From: Lytechinus pictus
Lineage: Eukaryota
Direction of reading: 5' to 3'
Assembly (NCBI RefSeq): GCF_037042905.1
Contig: NC_087251.1
Coordinates: forward strand, 47,928,001 to 47,992,000
DNA length: 64,000 bases
In this document: positions 11,786 through 25,116 of the stretch, one piece after another
Position numbering within the stretch: position 1 is the stretch's first letter
Layout of the letters: each line of letters opens with the position of its first letter
Notes under the pieces: model-generated
What the model saw: only the letters and a program-made list of their open reading frames with translations
Told to the model about the DNA's origin: nothing
The model's database searches: none
Translations under genes and position numbers: made by a program

Positions 11786-12668
11786 CTTGACACCAGAGGT
11801 TATAATTAGGTATACCCCCTCCCCTTTTAAATGTTTCATTTCATGCAAGTAAAATATTTTCATGCCCCACTTAGAAATTTAAGGAAGCCTATATAGTTGC
11901 AGAAATGCCTCCTGTATACATGCATGACCAGGGGAAGATCCAGGGGGGGGCACATCCAACCCCTCCCCTCCTTGAGAGCCATTATCAAAATTGTTAATGT
12001 AAATTGCTGCTTTTACACGTGTGCCCCCCTTTGAAAGTCAGCATAGGAATATTTTTTTTTGCTTTTCAAATTTTACCTGGATGAAATGAAATGCATTTTT
12101 AGGTGAAAACATTTTTATTTTTGCTTGTCAAATTTTCCTTCCAAAAAGGAAAATGAGCCCCCCCCCCTTGGAAAATCCTGGATCCGCCCCTGCACAATGA
12201 CCATGTGATAATTCTTATTCTTAATAGTACAATTATCACGGATCCAGGGATGGAGGAACTGGGGCACCCCCAAGATAGACATTTCGGAGAAGCTCAGAAA
12301 GAGCAGTTGATCTGTTCTTGACCCTTTCAAGAATTTCATTTTTTTTTACTCCTCACACCCCCTCCCCCTTCATGCAGGTACATGTATATCCTGGACCTGC
12401 CTCTACTTTGCAGTCTTTGAACAAAAAAAGCTTACACAGCTTGTAATACACAGTCATACACACAATTACATTTCATTATTGCTCTCCCCCCTCCTCAAGC
12501 CTGAATCTCCCCACTTTGTACAATGCACATTCAGCCACTCTCGTGATCACATGACACGCACACACTGGCGTAAATCCGTGTTGATGGGTGGGGGGGATGA
12601 CTGAAATATTTTGGCATTTTTTTGCAATCATGTTTCAGATATGCAAGGAATTGTCATTGATATGTCCA

Positions 12669-13595
12669 CAGTGGCGTACCGTGGGTCACGGCATTGGGGA
12701 GGGGGGGGGGCACCAGCAAAATTTTGAATCACTAAGTGAGTGCGCTAGTGAGCGCGCGAAGCGCGCTAAGTTGCCAGTTATACTGACCTAATAGAGACAT
12801 TTTAAGGACAATGTCATTAAACGGATATGTATCTCACTGATCAAATAATGCGAGCGCGAAGCGCGAGCTGACATTTTTTTATATTCACACCTAAAAAGGG
12901 ACAATATAATCAAACTTGTGTAATCATGTTAGGTACCTGTCTCGCTAAACAATGCGAGCGCGAAGCGCGAGCTGAAAACTTAGATAATTCAAACCTGAAG
13001 TGGGACATTCTAAGGTTTCTTTGTATAGGAATTAACTAGGACCATACGTATTTCATTAACCAAATGATGCGAGCGCGAAGCGCGAGCTGAAAATTTTTGA
13101 TATTCAGATCAGAAGAAGGGACATTTTAAGGACTGATTTTAGGACTACATGAAGAGCAGACATATCTCACCAATCCACTAATGCGAACGTAATCACGGAC
13201 AGGAAATGTTTCATATATACGAAGACCTTAACATGGGGCAATCACTTTTGAGTCATGAAAAAGAAGCATATGTCACTACATTAAACAATGATAACTCAAG
13301 TGCTAGGAAATATATTTGGTTTATATTGACTTGAAAACGGGATATTTTAGTACAACAGGATTATATATCTCGTTAAACAGACAATGCGAGCACCAGGAAC
13401 AATAAAAAAATGTTTCATAAAGTTGTAATGTAACATAATATAATATAACATTATAATGAATAATATTTTCTTCTTTCCCACTACGTTTCTCTTCCTTTCT
13501 CCCTTTTTTCTCCTTTTCCCCCTTTCCCCGTTTTTTTTGTCAGCCGATGGGGGGGGGGGGATGTGCCCCCCATGCCCCCCGTAGTTACGCCACTG
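12669..13595. mobile_element. hAT-type non-autonomous element (nested)
   Basis: CAGTGGCGTA ... TACGCCACTG; exact 8-bp TSD TATGTCCA; internal GCGAGCGCGAAGCGCGAGC repeats. Confidence 0.92.
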
Positions 13596-15479
13596 TATGT
13601 CCATATGGCAAATACCCCTCCAATATTATTATCTTTTTTTTACCTCATGATGGTTTAATGGTTTTATTAGAGATTACATTTAAAAAAATTTGACATTCCA
13701 TCTTAATCCCTTCCCAAAGACCCCAACATTGATGAATTGGAAGAAACAGGGGTTTCTCTTCAATGTTATAATAAGGACATAAGTATTTCGTTTGGAAATG
13801 GTGAAATGGCTCTTTATTTGCATTTTATGATTCAATAATATTGTTTTATTTGTTAAGCGGTATTTTAGGAAGAATTTTCACCAATAAAACAATTATCTCT
13901 TGTGATTTTTTTTTTCATTTCTTTCGTAAAAAGTGGGGGGGATGTTTGTACAGTAGGCGAGCGGCAAGAGGCCAAAATTTGGGACTTTAATCCCCCCGAC
14001 TGGATCAAAGCAAAAACATGCATTATTTTAAAGGAAATTTTCTGAATTTTTCAGAACTGAGAATTAAAAGTGTCGCAGAGTGTAGCTTCACCATGGAAAC
14101 CAGCCTTGAATAGGCCACGCCCATTTTTGTGATAAATGCAAAGCAGTAACTTATTATTTATATTTGTTAATTAATTACACTAATTTATATATAAATACAG
14201 AATTTACAAGGTTAAAATCACTACAGATTGAATGATATGATAACGCCTAGCAACCAAATATATATTTCATAATATTTGATTTAAAAACTGTTGCCTAGCA
14301 ATTTTATTTTCCCTAGCAACCATATTCACTTTTCAATATTCTCTTATTTTTTTAATCAGATTAATTCATTTTTTCATTTTTTTAAGTTTTTTATTTGTAA
14401 AAGCTAATGAAGAAGATGAATTTTGATGAAAAAGTGATAAAAGAGGAAGACTAGGGTGTATAATGCATTCATGATCATGAAAAATTACATTTTTGCCTTG
14501 TTTGAATAACCCTTGCATGTGACTGATATCACTAATAATTTATTGGTGTGTGTTTACGACTATACGCATCATTTAATGGATTTTATAATATTGTTATAAA
14601 TCATGCTTAGATACCCTGCTGTGTCATGTCATCTGTTCTAATCTAACTAATTGAGTATTCATATATTTTTTGTTACCTATGGAAACCATTTTTTGTTGCC
14701 TAGCAACAGTATTTTCCCTAGCAACCATCACTTTTTGGCGATATTTCAAGCCTGTAACCTCCCCAAAATCCCTGTTTTTTGGTACTCAAAATGCATCTGA
14801 TACTATTCTAAGCATATATCGTGGTGATGACAATTAATTTTACACATCTGGCCAGGCAGTTTGCATATTGAGAGAGGGCATGGCTGTATGAAGAAGATTT
14901 TTCCTTGGGGTGGCTGACGACAAAAAAATGTCAAAGAAACAAAGCGAGGGAGCGAAGCTACTGAGTTTGGCAAGAGGCGCTTTTTCATAGTAAATTGAAG
15001 GATATTATGCACACTTTGGGTGAATTTTGTGAAAACTTTTAGTTTAAAAATTTAACTTTTCGCTGCATACGGCAATGGGAGAGGAAATAGGTATTATTAA
15101 CAATATCATTTAGGTTGTTATTTGGAACATTTTATTATACAACATTTATTAGGAAGGGTAATACATATCCAAGACCAACCAATAAAGTGTAAAGTGTCTG
15201 CAATATGAAAACGAAATTATTTATCAGTATGGCATATATAATTCCTAAACTGTAGTGATTGTGAACTCAAATGCTTATTACTTTATGCAGGAACCTACTT
15301 AATTATGTAAATCACAATGATCTATCAAAGTTTCTAACTGCAATTCTGGCAATTTTCCTGTGTAATTGCGAGTTTTTTTATATTTTTTATTATTATTCCA
15401 ATGCATCCATGGGCAATGGGGCAATTAACACAATAGTCTACTTGCAGACCTTCAAGCAGGATTGCTGGTTTATCTGCAC

Positions 15480-18260
15480 AACCTGGTGAAAAAAAGCTTT
15501 TCAATGATCACCTGCCGTGATTTAAACATAGATCAAGAGATCCTCAGTATGTCGTACATGTATCAAGTAGACAACAAAAATTACTCCAATCTGTGCATGT
15601 TGCTCACTAGAACCGGTTAGTCCCTGGACATTCTATATGGGCATTACTGATTCCAGCAGTTAATTAGCAGGTCGAATATCTGTTCAAGTATAATTAATTA
15701 AGAGGAGGCCCTATTACTGTCTCATCAAGCTAACGGGCAAAGTCCTAACCATTGAAGTTATGAGTATTTCTTTAAGTTCTTTCTATAAACCTCCTAACCA
15801 ATCTTTCTCCCTTACTCGAGAAGCCACCTCCGATCTGGGAAATGTTATTATTAGGGATTTCAACAGTCACAGCATTATCTGGGGGTATGGAGAAACCCCG
15901 GGAGAAACCAACGAGATGGAGAACTTGTGGAGAACTGGTCACATGCAAATTAGATTGAATCACCCGACAAAATTTGAGAAAGTTGTGCTTGACCCTCTCC
16001 CGCACACTCAACATCGACCGATTGGGCTGAAGGTGAATGCAGCCATCACTCCACGCACAGTTCCTTTTCACAGACGTTTCACCCTGAAGAAAGCAATCTG
16101 GGAGCAGTTTGTCATAGATCCGAATACCTATCCACAGAATCTTCCAGCACTCCCTACGACATTAAGACACATTTGGAAAGCTGTTGAAGGAGTCATCACA
16201 GAAAAATATTCCACGAGGATGCCGTACAAACTATTCTCCGGGCTTGACGGATGACGAAGCTGCTGTGCAATAATTAAAGGAGCTTTGAGAATTACCCCTT
16301 TGGTGCCGATACACTTGAATGTGGGGGAACATTGACAATTGTCATTATGGATCCCAGTAAAAAAAGAAATTGACAGTAATTAAATAAATCAATGGATATG
16401 ACTCACTACAGCAGAAAAGCCGGGGAAAATAATTTGGATCCTTGAAAACGACTATGCGAGTCTCAAACTATACCCCTAGTGACCACCGACCAAATGGCCT
16501 ACTATCTTCTTGTGTACAAGGTATCCATATTTATTGCCCGCGAAGGGCCAACCTCCCTAAAAGTGCAGAGACAGCCTCCCAACTAAGAGTCATTTGAAAC
16601 CACAAGACCATTCAGCATGAACGTCTTGTCTGCTTGTGCTGTGCTATCAAAGAAAATAATGAAGAGCAACAAGGCACCTGGATTAGATGTCCTCTGTGAG
16701 CAGATCACACTTCTTGAACCTGTTGCAGCCCAATGGCTGCTGACATGTTAAACCACTGTTTGCATGAAAAAATAAAACAACGGCAAGAGGAAATTGAGGG
16801 TAGTTGCCTAACTAGAGCCAGGTAAAGACCTAATCAGCCCAAGGAGTTACAGCTAGAACAATCTCTCTACTCTGTCACACATACAAGCCCTTTGAAAGGC
16901 TCCTGATCAAACGCATTGCTCCCTTTGTGACTGAGTTCCTCATTCAAGTATGCAAGATTCAGGCCAGGAAAGTCCTTTACTGAATCTGATTCAGTACATC
17001 AGATGGTTTGAGGAAGGTCTGAAAACTAGAGCAGCCATTGTTGACTTCTCCGCAGCTTATATAACAGTTGATCATAGGGTAGGCCTACTTACGAGGAAAG
17101 TCATTGTGATGACAAAAGACGTCAAGTTGACAAGGCTAATTCAGAACATTCCCTCAAACCGGTTGTTTGTGAATCTCAATGGTTCCAGCAGCAAATGGTG
17201 GAGGCAGAAAATGGTCCCCCACAAAGAAGTGTCATTGCCCAAATACACAAACTACCAACTAATTCACCCAAACACCAAGAGCTACCAATGATTATGAACT
17301 GTACATTGCCTCACAGAAGCAGTCATTTGAAGAGGTGGAAAAAACATTCAGCGATCCTCTGGCGTATCTGGCTCTTTACTATAAAGAGAACATCCAACTT
17401 AGCTTCTCCCACCTTGACGATAGAAATGCAGACCGTAAACTGATGGTCAGATGGTGTTGAAACTTGAAAATGAATGAATCACACCCCCTCACACCAGCAA
17501 GCTTGCCTACCTTGACGTCACTCTTGCATACAAAGAATATGTTGCCAAGACAAAGGCAAAAGCTGGAGAAAGGAACAACATCAATAAGAGGCTTGCTAGC
17601 ACGATATGGGGAGCTGATGACAAACCATCCGTTCAACAGCTCTGCTGTATTCTACGAGTTTAACCCAGTCCTGAATGCTGCTTGCAGAGCAATTTCCGAC
17701 TGTCTGCTACCAAAAAGAGTAAATGATCTTTACCTATATTGTGTGACACAGTCCCCCACACATAGAGGTATCAGCACAGGTGGACAAAAAAAAATCCTTC
17801 TTCTTTCACTCTTTAACTCTGAATCCGCCAAAAAGAGACTCGAATCAAGACAGTTTCATTCACTTGACTGAATCCATTAATGGCTATGCACACAGCCAAA
17901 GGATCCCCCTATGGTCAAACCACCTCTAGTCTGTGACGCAAAAGCTTTCCATGTGACCTAGCGAATCTGGCCCCCAGGTACAAGTGACGAATGGCCATCC
18001 TGGCTATGTCTCAATTGCCTATGGTCTGGAACAGGAAGGTGCAAAGTCCTTAATATGCAGTTCGGGGCTACACTGAGCAGGGATGCAGACACTATCTACG
18101 ACTGAGGAGAGGATCAGACAGTGCATCACCTTTTGGTCTGCCCCCCCCCCTCCCTCCTAACAGAGCCGTGCGCTGCCAAAGATCTGGAGTCGTTCAACCC
18201 AAAAGCCAGATCTTGCTTGAACCCTCTACTACACATGACTTGTGTAGTGACCCGAGAAGA
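15480..18260 (+). mobile_element. Decayed non-LTR retrotransposon, Ingi/Vingi-like (endonuclease + RT)
   Basis: Fragments VIIRDFNSHSIIWGY, PLPHTQHRPI, KAPGLD, ISLLCHTYK, VDFSAAY.TV.HR, NGPPQRSV and C-terminal QTVHHLLVCP, with many stops and frameshifts. Confidence 0.8.
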
Positions 18261-18639
18261 TGGACACAGAGCAAATATTGCCGTTTAAAATCATGCAGTA
18301 TACTATGACCAAATGGGAGCCTAGGTGTGCAGGAGTCTAGGTCTCCAAAACGTGGCTTTTTATGTGGGTGTGTAGATATAAGGTAAGATTGTTAGCATCG
18401 AATATCTTTGCTCTTTCACTGTCAAATCGTAATTTCACCTTAAAACACTAACAATCAGAATATAGGCACCGTTTTCAGCAAAGTTTTAGCCTAATTAACC
18501 GACAACCCCATCAGGAACCAATCAAGTCCCTGCCCCCTCCCCCTTCCAAATGTCAGATTACCATAAATAGGTGTCTTCTACCAGTCAGATAATTAATGAC
18601 ACACTTCTTGTTAGTTCATTAAAGATGTCATGTCCTGTT

Positions 18640-19430
18640 AATGGTACAAGATCTACATGTAGCTTTCCTGTGAAAAGATTCTAGTGCAGTGGCAAAGGCA
18701 GTGGCAGTTCATAGCTCTGGTAGGAGGGAGCAGACACAAAAATGTTGTATCCTATGATCATCCTTACAGTTGCAGGTAGTTTCTTTATCCCTATTGTAGC
18801 CCCATAGGCGATTTAAACAAGATCAGGTAGGCCATTCTTCACTTGGACCTGGAGAGTGATGTACTAAGTCCATAGGTGAGATTGTGCATCACAGACTGGA
18901 GATTGTGAGACCAGAGGGTGACGCTTTCATGCGTGCAGAGTCATCATGCATGTCAAGGGATTCTGTTGAGCGGAGAAAACTGTGTCTAGATTTGAGTCTC
19001 TTGGCAGGTTCATGGTTGACGAGTGGAATACTATCCTCTTGATTGTTATTTTCTTTCTTCTGTGCTGATGACTTCTCTTCTGATGTACGATGGGGCAATA
19101 ATACAGAGAAGGTAAAGATTAATCACTTCTGTTAGTCGCAAACAGCCAGTGATGGCTCTGCAAGCTCCATTTAAGACTTGTCACCAAGGACTGCGTACTC
19201 AGCAGTGGAGAAGCATAGAGCAAGAGCTGTGGTACAGATAGATTTGGCATCTCTCAATTCCCCATCTGTTTCCCAGCTTCTTCAGAATGATATTCCTTCC
19301 TCCAAATTTTGCATTTGTTTTGGAAGCATGTTCTTTTTATGAAAAAGAACGGTCTAGAATGACGCCAAGATAGGTTGACTTGTTACCATCTGATCCTCAG
19401 TTTTTTATCTGCTCTCTGTTTTTAAGGTGG
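18640..19430 (-). mobile_element. Second, inverted 3' fragment of a related Vingi-like LINE
   Basis: Minus-strand HEPAKRLKSRHSF parallels ESAKKRLESRQF in the first copy; Cys-rich C-terminal remnants. Confidence 0.65.
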
Positions 19431-20172
19431 AATACACTAAGTTGGGGGTCTTTCTGGATTGGCTCAGAGATGATTTATAGCACAGTAAGGAATTAGACTT
19501 GCCAGATCATCACTTTGGCACACAAAGGAGTAATTATTTAGAGATTATTGCACAGTTCAATGTTTTCCCACTCCATTAAAGTAGTGATACAAAATTATGG
19601 CTGTAATTTAGATTTTCCAGCCTTATTATTTGAACTAATCATCATTACAAATACAGATTAGTATGTTTTACCAATACTGTAGGGGTATCATCCCAATTAC
19701 ATCAGTTTTAGATATATTCTTAGACATATTTCTTATACCATGGATGTCTTTAAATATTTATATTGATCTAAATCTCCATGGAACGAACAGTAGCGTTAGT
19801 GTAAGCCCTACATTAGTGGCATGTGTACCTGTTTTTTCCGAAGCTTTGTCAATGTCCTTTACATATGTATGCATGGTGAGGGGAATCCTTGTCTTTTCTT
19901 TCAGATATATTTTCTTAAACTGAGTATTTAAGGCATCAGTTTTTAAGAGCACGAGTCACTGACACTATCGATGTGGCAGAAAATACATGAAGGACAACAT
20001 CAAAGACCACTTAAGTTGATATGCCTCCTCTCTATATATTCAGGGACTTTTCTTGTATGCCCTTCCCTGGTTGTCTCTATTCTGCAGATGTGTGCAAACA
20101 TCATGACATATTACATAATGACACTTAGACATAGAAAACACCTCCCAATTTAGTAAGCCTTTCTATCCTTAA

Positions 20173-20775
20173 AGGACAAGTCCACCTCAACAAAAAGTTG
20201 ATTTGAAAAAGAGGAGAAAAATCTAACTAGCAAAACACTGAAAATTTCATCAAAATCGGATGTAAAATAAGAAAGTTATGACATTTTAAAGTTTTGCTTA
20301 ATTTCACAAAACAGTTTTATGCACATCCTTGTCAGTATGCAAATTAGCAGACTGATGACGTCACCCACTCACTATTTCTTTTGTATTTTATTATATGAAA
20401 TATGAAATATTCTAATTTCTCCTCCTTTTCAAGTGAAACAAACTTTTATTTTTCCCTCAACATGTGGAATTACCATTATTTTAACAGTTTATGGTTAAGT
20501 TAAGATGGTGCTTATTGTCAAATCTGTAAAAATTGAAAGATTGTATTATTCAAACAATAAAAAACAAAAGAAATAGTGAGTGGTGGACATCATCGACTCT
20601 CTCATTTGCATATCGCTGAGTTGTGCATTTAACTGTTTTGTGAAAAATAAGCGAAACTTAAAAATGTCATAACTTTCTTATTTTACATCCGATTTCGATG
20701 AAATTTGCAGCGTTATGTTTGTTTGATTTTTCTCTATCGATTCAGATCAACAATTTTCTTGGGTGGACTTGACCT
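20173..20775. mobile_element. Kolobok-type palindromic MITE
   Basis: TTAA|AGGACAAGTCCACC ... GGTGGACTTGACCT|TTAA; long internal inverted repeat. Confidence 0.85.
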
Positions 20776-20810
20776 TTAATGGTTTTCTTGTCATTTTCTT
20801 GGCCTAATCA

Positions 20811-21007
20811 GGAATGATAGCTCAGTCGGTAGAGCGGGGGTTTCGGATTCCGGTGACCTGAATTTGATTCTCACTTGGTACATTAGTGCTCTTTAGTAAG
20901 GCGCATCCTCATTACCAGGTCTCGGAGAGGACATTAAGCTGTCCGTCCTCTGGTTGTTTGCTTACAAACATTCATGCTTTCATAGCAATCAGGTAAACAA
21001 CCACCAT
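20811..21007 (+). mobile_element. tRNA-derived SINE
   Basis: GATAGCTCAGTCGGTAGAGCG head; same family as 357-494. Confidence 0.8.
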
Positions 21008-21552
21008 ATATGAAGGCCTAAGATCCCAAGTTTCCATACTTTCATCCCTCTGATTTCTTGACAGTTATCAGATTGAAAGTGACATCATAAGTTCCCTGTG
21101 ATTAAACTTCTGACACTTATTAATAGTATTCAACAGAAACTTGTCGAACTCACAGCTTTGGCATTTTGGGGCTACAGCCGCCACACAGACACAAACTTGG
21201 AAGTTGGACATGCTTGGGTGGCTAGGTATTATTTGACAAAACACATCCATTTGTTAACCATTCCATATTCACTTGAGGAATATGCAGCCAAGAGCTAAAA
21301 AATATCTTATGTACCCAGCTATTAATCCTCCAAACCATATTGATCTCTTTATGTCTTCAACATTTACATATCTCTTTGTCACTCTGCTCTTTTTGTATGA
21401 TTAAGTTTTAATACCATGCTCATCGTACTGTTAAGAATTTGTAGACAAGCAATATACAAACAAGGATAAATGATTTTTTTTTAGAAATGAAAGAAATTAA
21501 GTGGTGTCCTTTAATTTACCATTGCCAGTATGCATGTAGGCATATTATTTAA

Positions 21553-22085
21553 AGGGATGGTCCAGGCCGGAGATATTTCTATCTAAATAAATAGAGTAAA
21601 ATTCACAAAGCAAAATGCTGAAAATTTGATCAAAATCGGATAATAAATAACAAAGTTATTGAATTTTAAAGATTTGCATTATTCCGGTAAAACAGTTCTA
21701 GGCATGTCTTTATGAATATTCATTAGGTGGGCTGATGATGTCATATCCCTACTTGATCTTTTGTATTTTGTTACATGAAATTAGGTTTATTTAAAATATT
21801 TCTACCAAGAAACAATTGGATTGACAACTGACTAAATACATTAGTTATTTATTGCCGCAACTTATTTCATCATATTGCAGACACATCATGTACGCATGTA
21901 TGAAATAAGGAAACATTTATGATTTCATGTACTAAACTAAGAAAAAGGAAAGTGGGGATGTGACATCATCAGCCCACCTAATGAATATTAATGACGATGT
22001 GCATATAACTGTTTTCACAATATATTGATAAACTTTAAAATTCAATAACTTTATTATTTAGATATTTACAGCCTGGACCATCCCT
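21553..22085. mobile_element. Kolobok-type palindromic MITE
   Basis: TTAA|AGGGATGGTCCAGGC ... GCCTGGACCATCCCT|TTAC. Confidence 0.8.
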
Positions 22086-24338
22086 TTACAAATGGTACTG
22101 TACACTTTAAAGTGGATTATTTTCCTCAAGATTGTTTAAGGGAAAAATGCATCGTTGCTAAGGTAAATAGTGTTGCTAGGCAATGGAATTGTGTCAGTAG
22201 ATGATGGTAAATTCCTGAATACTGTTTAACAAACTATCACATGTTAATTTTCTCAATATTTTTACTCTAAGGCACAACTTCCTCAGCACATTTGACCGAG
22301 ATGAAGAGTGGTAACATAGCCATTGCTAGGGAATATTGTTACTAGGCAACACATTTGTCTCCATGGAAACTAAAAAATAGTCAGTTTGTTGAATGATTGT
22401 TGAAAATGAGGTTGTAGGCATCTAAATGATAATTGTGTCAGTATCATTGCTCATAATGAACTATTTTTACACAGATTTGTCCAGGGAGGAGAGTGTTATC
22501 ATAGTCGTTGCTATGGAAAATAGTCGTTGCTAGGCAATGAATTGGTATCCATGGGTAATGTGAAATGGTAATTTTGTTGTTGTTATATTGAAGAAAAGAT
22601 ACTGCATGTTAATTGATCAGGTATTATTAACTCAATCCATTTTTTCACCACAAAATAGTATAAAGTATGTGACTTGTACGTACGTGTATCAATGTAGTCA
22701 AAAATGAACAATAATATGGCGATTTGTACGATAGAAGGGGGTGTGTTAAGTAAAGCTTAGCAAATTTATTTGAGGTTCGCAATAATCAAAATGGGTTTTT
22801 TTAGTTCTTTTTATTATTTTTCAATAATACTTTATAGAATTTCATAGGTGTAACTTATTAGGTTTAATCTAACCTAGTTAAAAAGTTAAAAGTTAGGTTT
22901 GAAATGGAAAAATAAGTGGTTAACTTAATAAGCTAACTGGTTGCTAAGGAAAGTTATGTTGCTAGGCAACAATTTCTGAGAAAATGTTCATAAAATTCAT
23001 GCTAAGTTGTTATTCAGTAATCCTTATTAAAATATATAGTGGAACTATCCTTTAAAAATAAGAAAAAATACCTGATAATTTAAATTAATGAGTAAAAAAT
23101 CAATATTCACGATAAATATTCAATAAGTATTTAAAATGGGCGTGGCTTAATCAAGGCCGGTTTCCATAGTGATGCTACACATTACGTCACTTCTAATGCC
23201 CAATTCCGAAAAATTCAGAAAATTTCCTTTCATTTGATGTATGATTTTGCTTTGATCCAGCCGGGGGGATTAAAGTCAAGAAATAAGCCACTTTTTGGCT
23301 TCTGGCCGCTCACCTACAGGCCATCCCCCCCTCCTCGAAAAGTGGGGGGGATATATCCCCCCCATCCCCCCCGGGATTTACGCCAGTGCACGCACACACA
23401 CAGCATCCACATATCATTCAGCATTGCTGGAGTCATATAGAGGTACATGTACAGTGCAACTTGCAAATAAGTGTAGGGAGTAGTGAGAGCCAATTATAAT
23501 CTCATAAATATGCTCCCCTCCCCCATTTCTCCGCCAATCTCATGATATGGTAACAAAAATTTACAAGATTGTAGAAAAATGGCATTAACTACTTGATTGT
23601 AGAGGTAAACTTCACTGAATGTATTTATCACAAAAAAATGTCAGGCATCACATTTTTTTGGGCGTTTCTATTGCAAAGACCTTTCATTTGATGTGTCATT
23701 CGCCAATATTTACTTTTATCTTAATTTATGGGTAATATATAGCTAACATATAAAGTGAACAACTTTCCCTTTGGTCAAATAGAAAGAATCTATAGACCTC
23801 TCTACTATAGATCTAGTCTATAAAATACCATGAAATGTATATTTTTGCTCTTTATTAGATGGGTGATACAAACTCTTGTATTCTTTTAAATCTGTATTAC
23901 AATTTTACATGCCCTCCTAAACTAAAGAAGGAATAAACATGTATGATCTACTGATACTAGATACATGTAGATCTAGGCCCTAACATTAGATGTGAGAAAA
24001 GACTTGAGGCGGTTTATAGATCAATATAGAAAAGAAATGGGAAAGTTGTCATATATTTGGCACATGCACTTTACCCTTGTGACACACACTTCACCAAGTT
24101 CTGCAAGAACCTTCAGGATTGAAGGAAGCAGACTGCACAGTAACCCAGGGAACTCTGGCCCACGAAGCAAAATGTTAGGGAATATATAAAAAAACATATT
24201 GAAAAAGATTACAACTATTGAACTCATATTTTTTTGCGAAATCCAAAGAATAAAAAGAAGGCTTCAAATTTTAGAATCTTAGTGTCTAGACACCCTAGCC
24301 CCCCCTCCCCCATACATGTGGATCAATATGTCGATCAC

Positions 24339-24593
24339 TTAAATACAATTGATCCAATCATTCGTAACTCTATGGAAATCCATCAGTGTCATAATTTTTT
24401 CTTCAGGAAATTTGCGAAATGTCCTTTGTAAACACAGGCAAACACACCAAATTATCAAGAAAACAATGAATTTATGAATATACATCATATCTAGAAAACA
24501 TTTTGAACTATCATGCATTTTAGATGTTGACCATGCTGGCTTTTCATAGTTGAGATTGATCAGATCAATGGCAACTCTTTGTAAGACGGGGCC
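24339..24593. mobile_element. GGGCCCCGTCTTACAAAGAG-family MITE, one end missing
   Basis: Ends CTCTTTGTAAGACGGGGCCC; reverse-complement similarity to 55112-55385. Confidence 0.7.
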
Positions 24594-24948
24594 CAGGTGT
24601 TGGAATTCTGAGTCTAGATGAAAAGCCAATGGTCAAAGTAGTTCAATGGTTTCCACACAGTTGGCCTATTATAGAAAGAGTTAATACAGATTTTAAATAT
24701 TTGTGGTGTGTCGGGAGATGACCCAAAAATACAGGTCAAGTTTCAATTTGGAGTGTGCAGTTTAAAGGAAACTGAGTAAAGCATTTACTTTAATATTCAA
24801 TCTGGTTTCTAGCCAATAACGTTGATGAAATTGGAGGGATTTTAGATATTGTTAAGCGAGATTACACTGGAATGCAGATTAAGCTTGAGTTCGGAGTCTG
24901 CCAGTTTAAACTTTAATACAAAAATTCCACTTGTTTCTCATTTTTCAG

Positions 24949-25116
24949 ACAATTGGAAGCCATTTTGAAGAATCATTTGAGGAAGCTACGTTGTTGACTG
25001 CTTTCCTGACCTATCTCAGTTATCTCATCTTGGCTCTGGTAGGTTATGTCCAAGATACGCTTAGAGATATTGGACTTGCCAAAAGCCTTGCAGCTCAAGA
25101 ATGTAGTAAGCTTAAG
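24949..25116 (+). CDS. SPTLC2: SPT2 exon 2 (TIGSHFEESFEEATLLTAFLTYLSY...SKLK), membrane-associated segment
   Basis: tttttcAG acceptor, AAG|GTATGT donor, 168 nt, phase 0/0; similar to the LCB2 FEE...LTY..Y segment. Confidence 0.93.

Larger units (their letters stand above)
13954..23316. mobile_element. Academ-like element (TAG...CTA, 3-bp TSD) carrying further insertions
   Basis: Left TAGGCGAGCGG...GGATCAAAGCAAAA...GCCACGCCCATTT is inverted at ~23135-23316. TSD CAG at 13951-13953 and 23317-23319. Removing the element restores a continuous host MITE. Confidence 0.8.
12563..23388. mobile_element. hAT-type MITE expanded to 10.8 kb by nested insertions
   Basis: TIR CACTGGCGTAAATCC / GGATTTACGCCAGTG; exact 8-bp TSD CACGCACA (12555-12562, 23389-23396). 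Confidence 0.88.

Noticed and set aside
12667..12673. Other CACAGTG heptamers (also 7400-7406 minus, 6282-6288 minus, 56295) as RSS-like ends
   Set aside because: They arise from hAT CAGTGGC termini plus flanking bases. Where both ends are present the elements have 8-bp TSDs, and I saw no nonamer at 12/23 spacing.
15760..17871. Intact nested gene or active reverse transcriptase
   Set aside because: Catalytic motifs are mutated and broken by many stops and frameshifts; it is a dead LINE.
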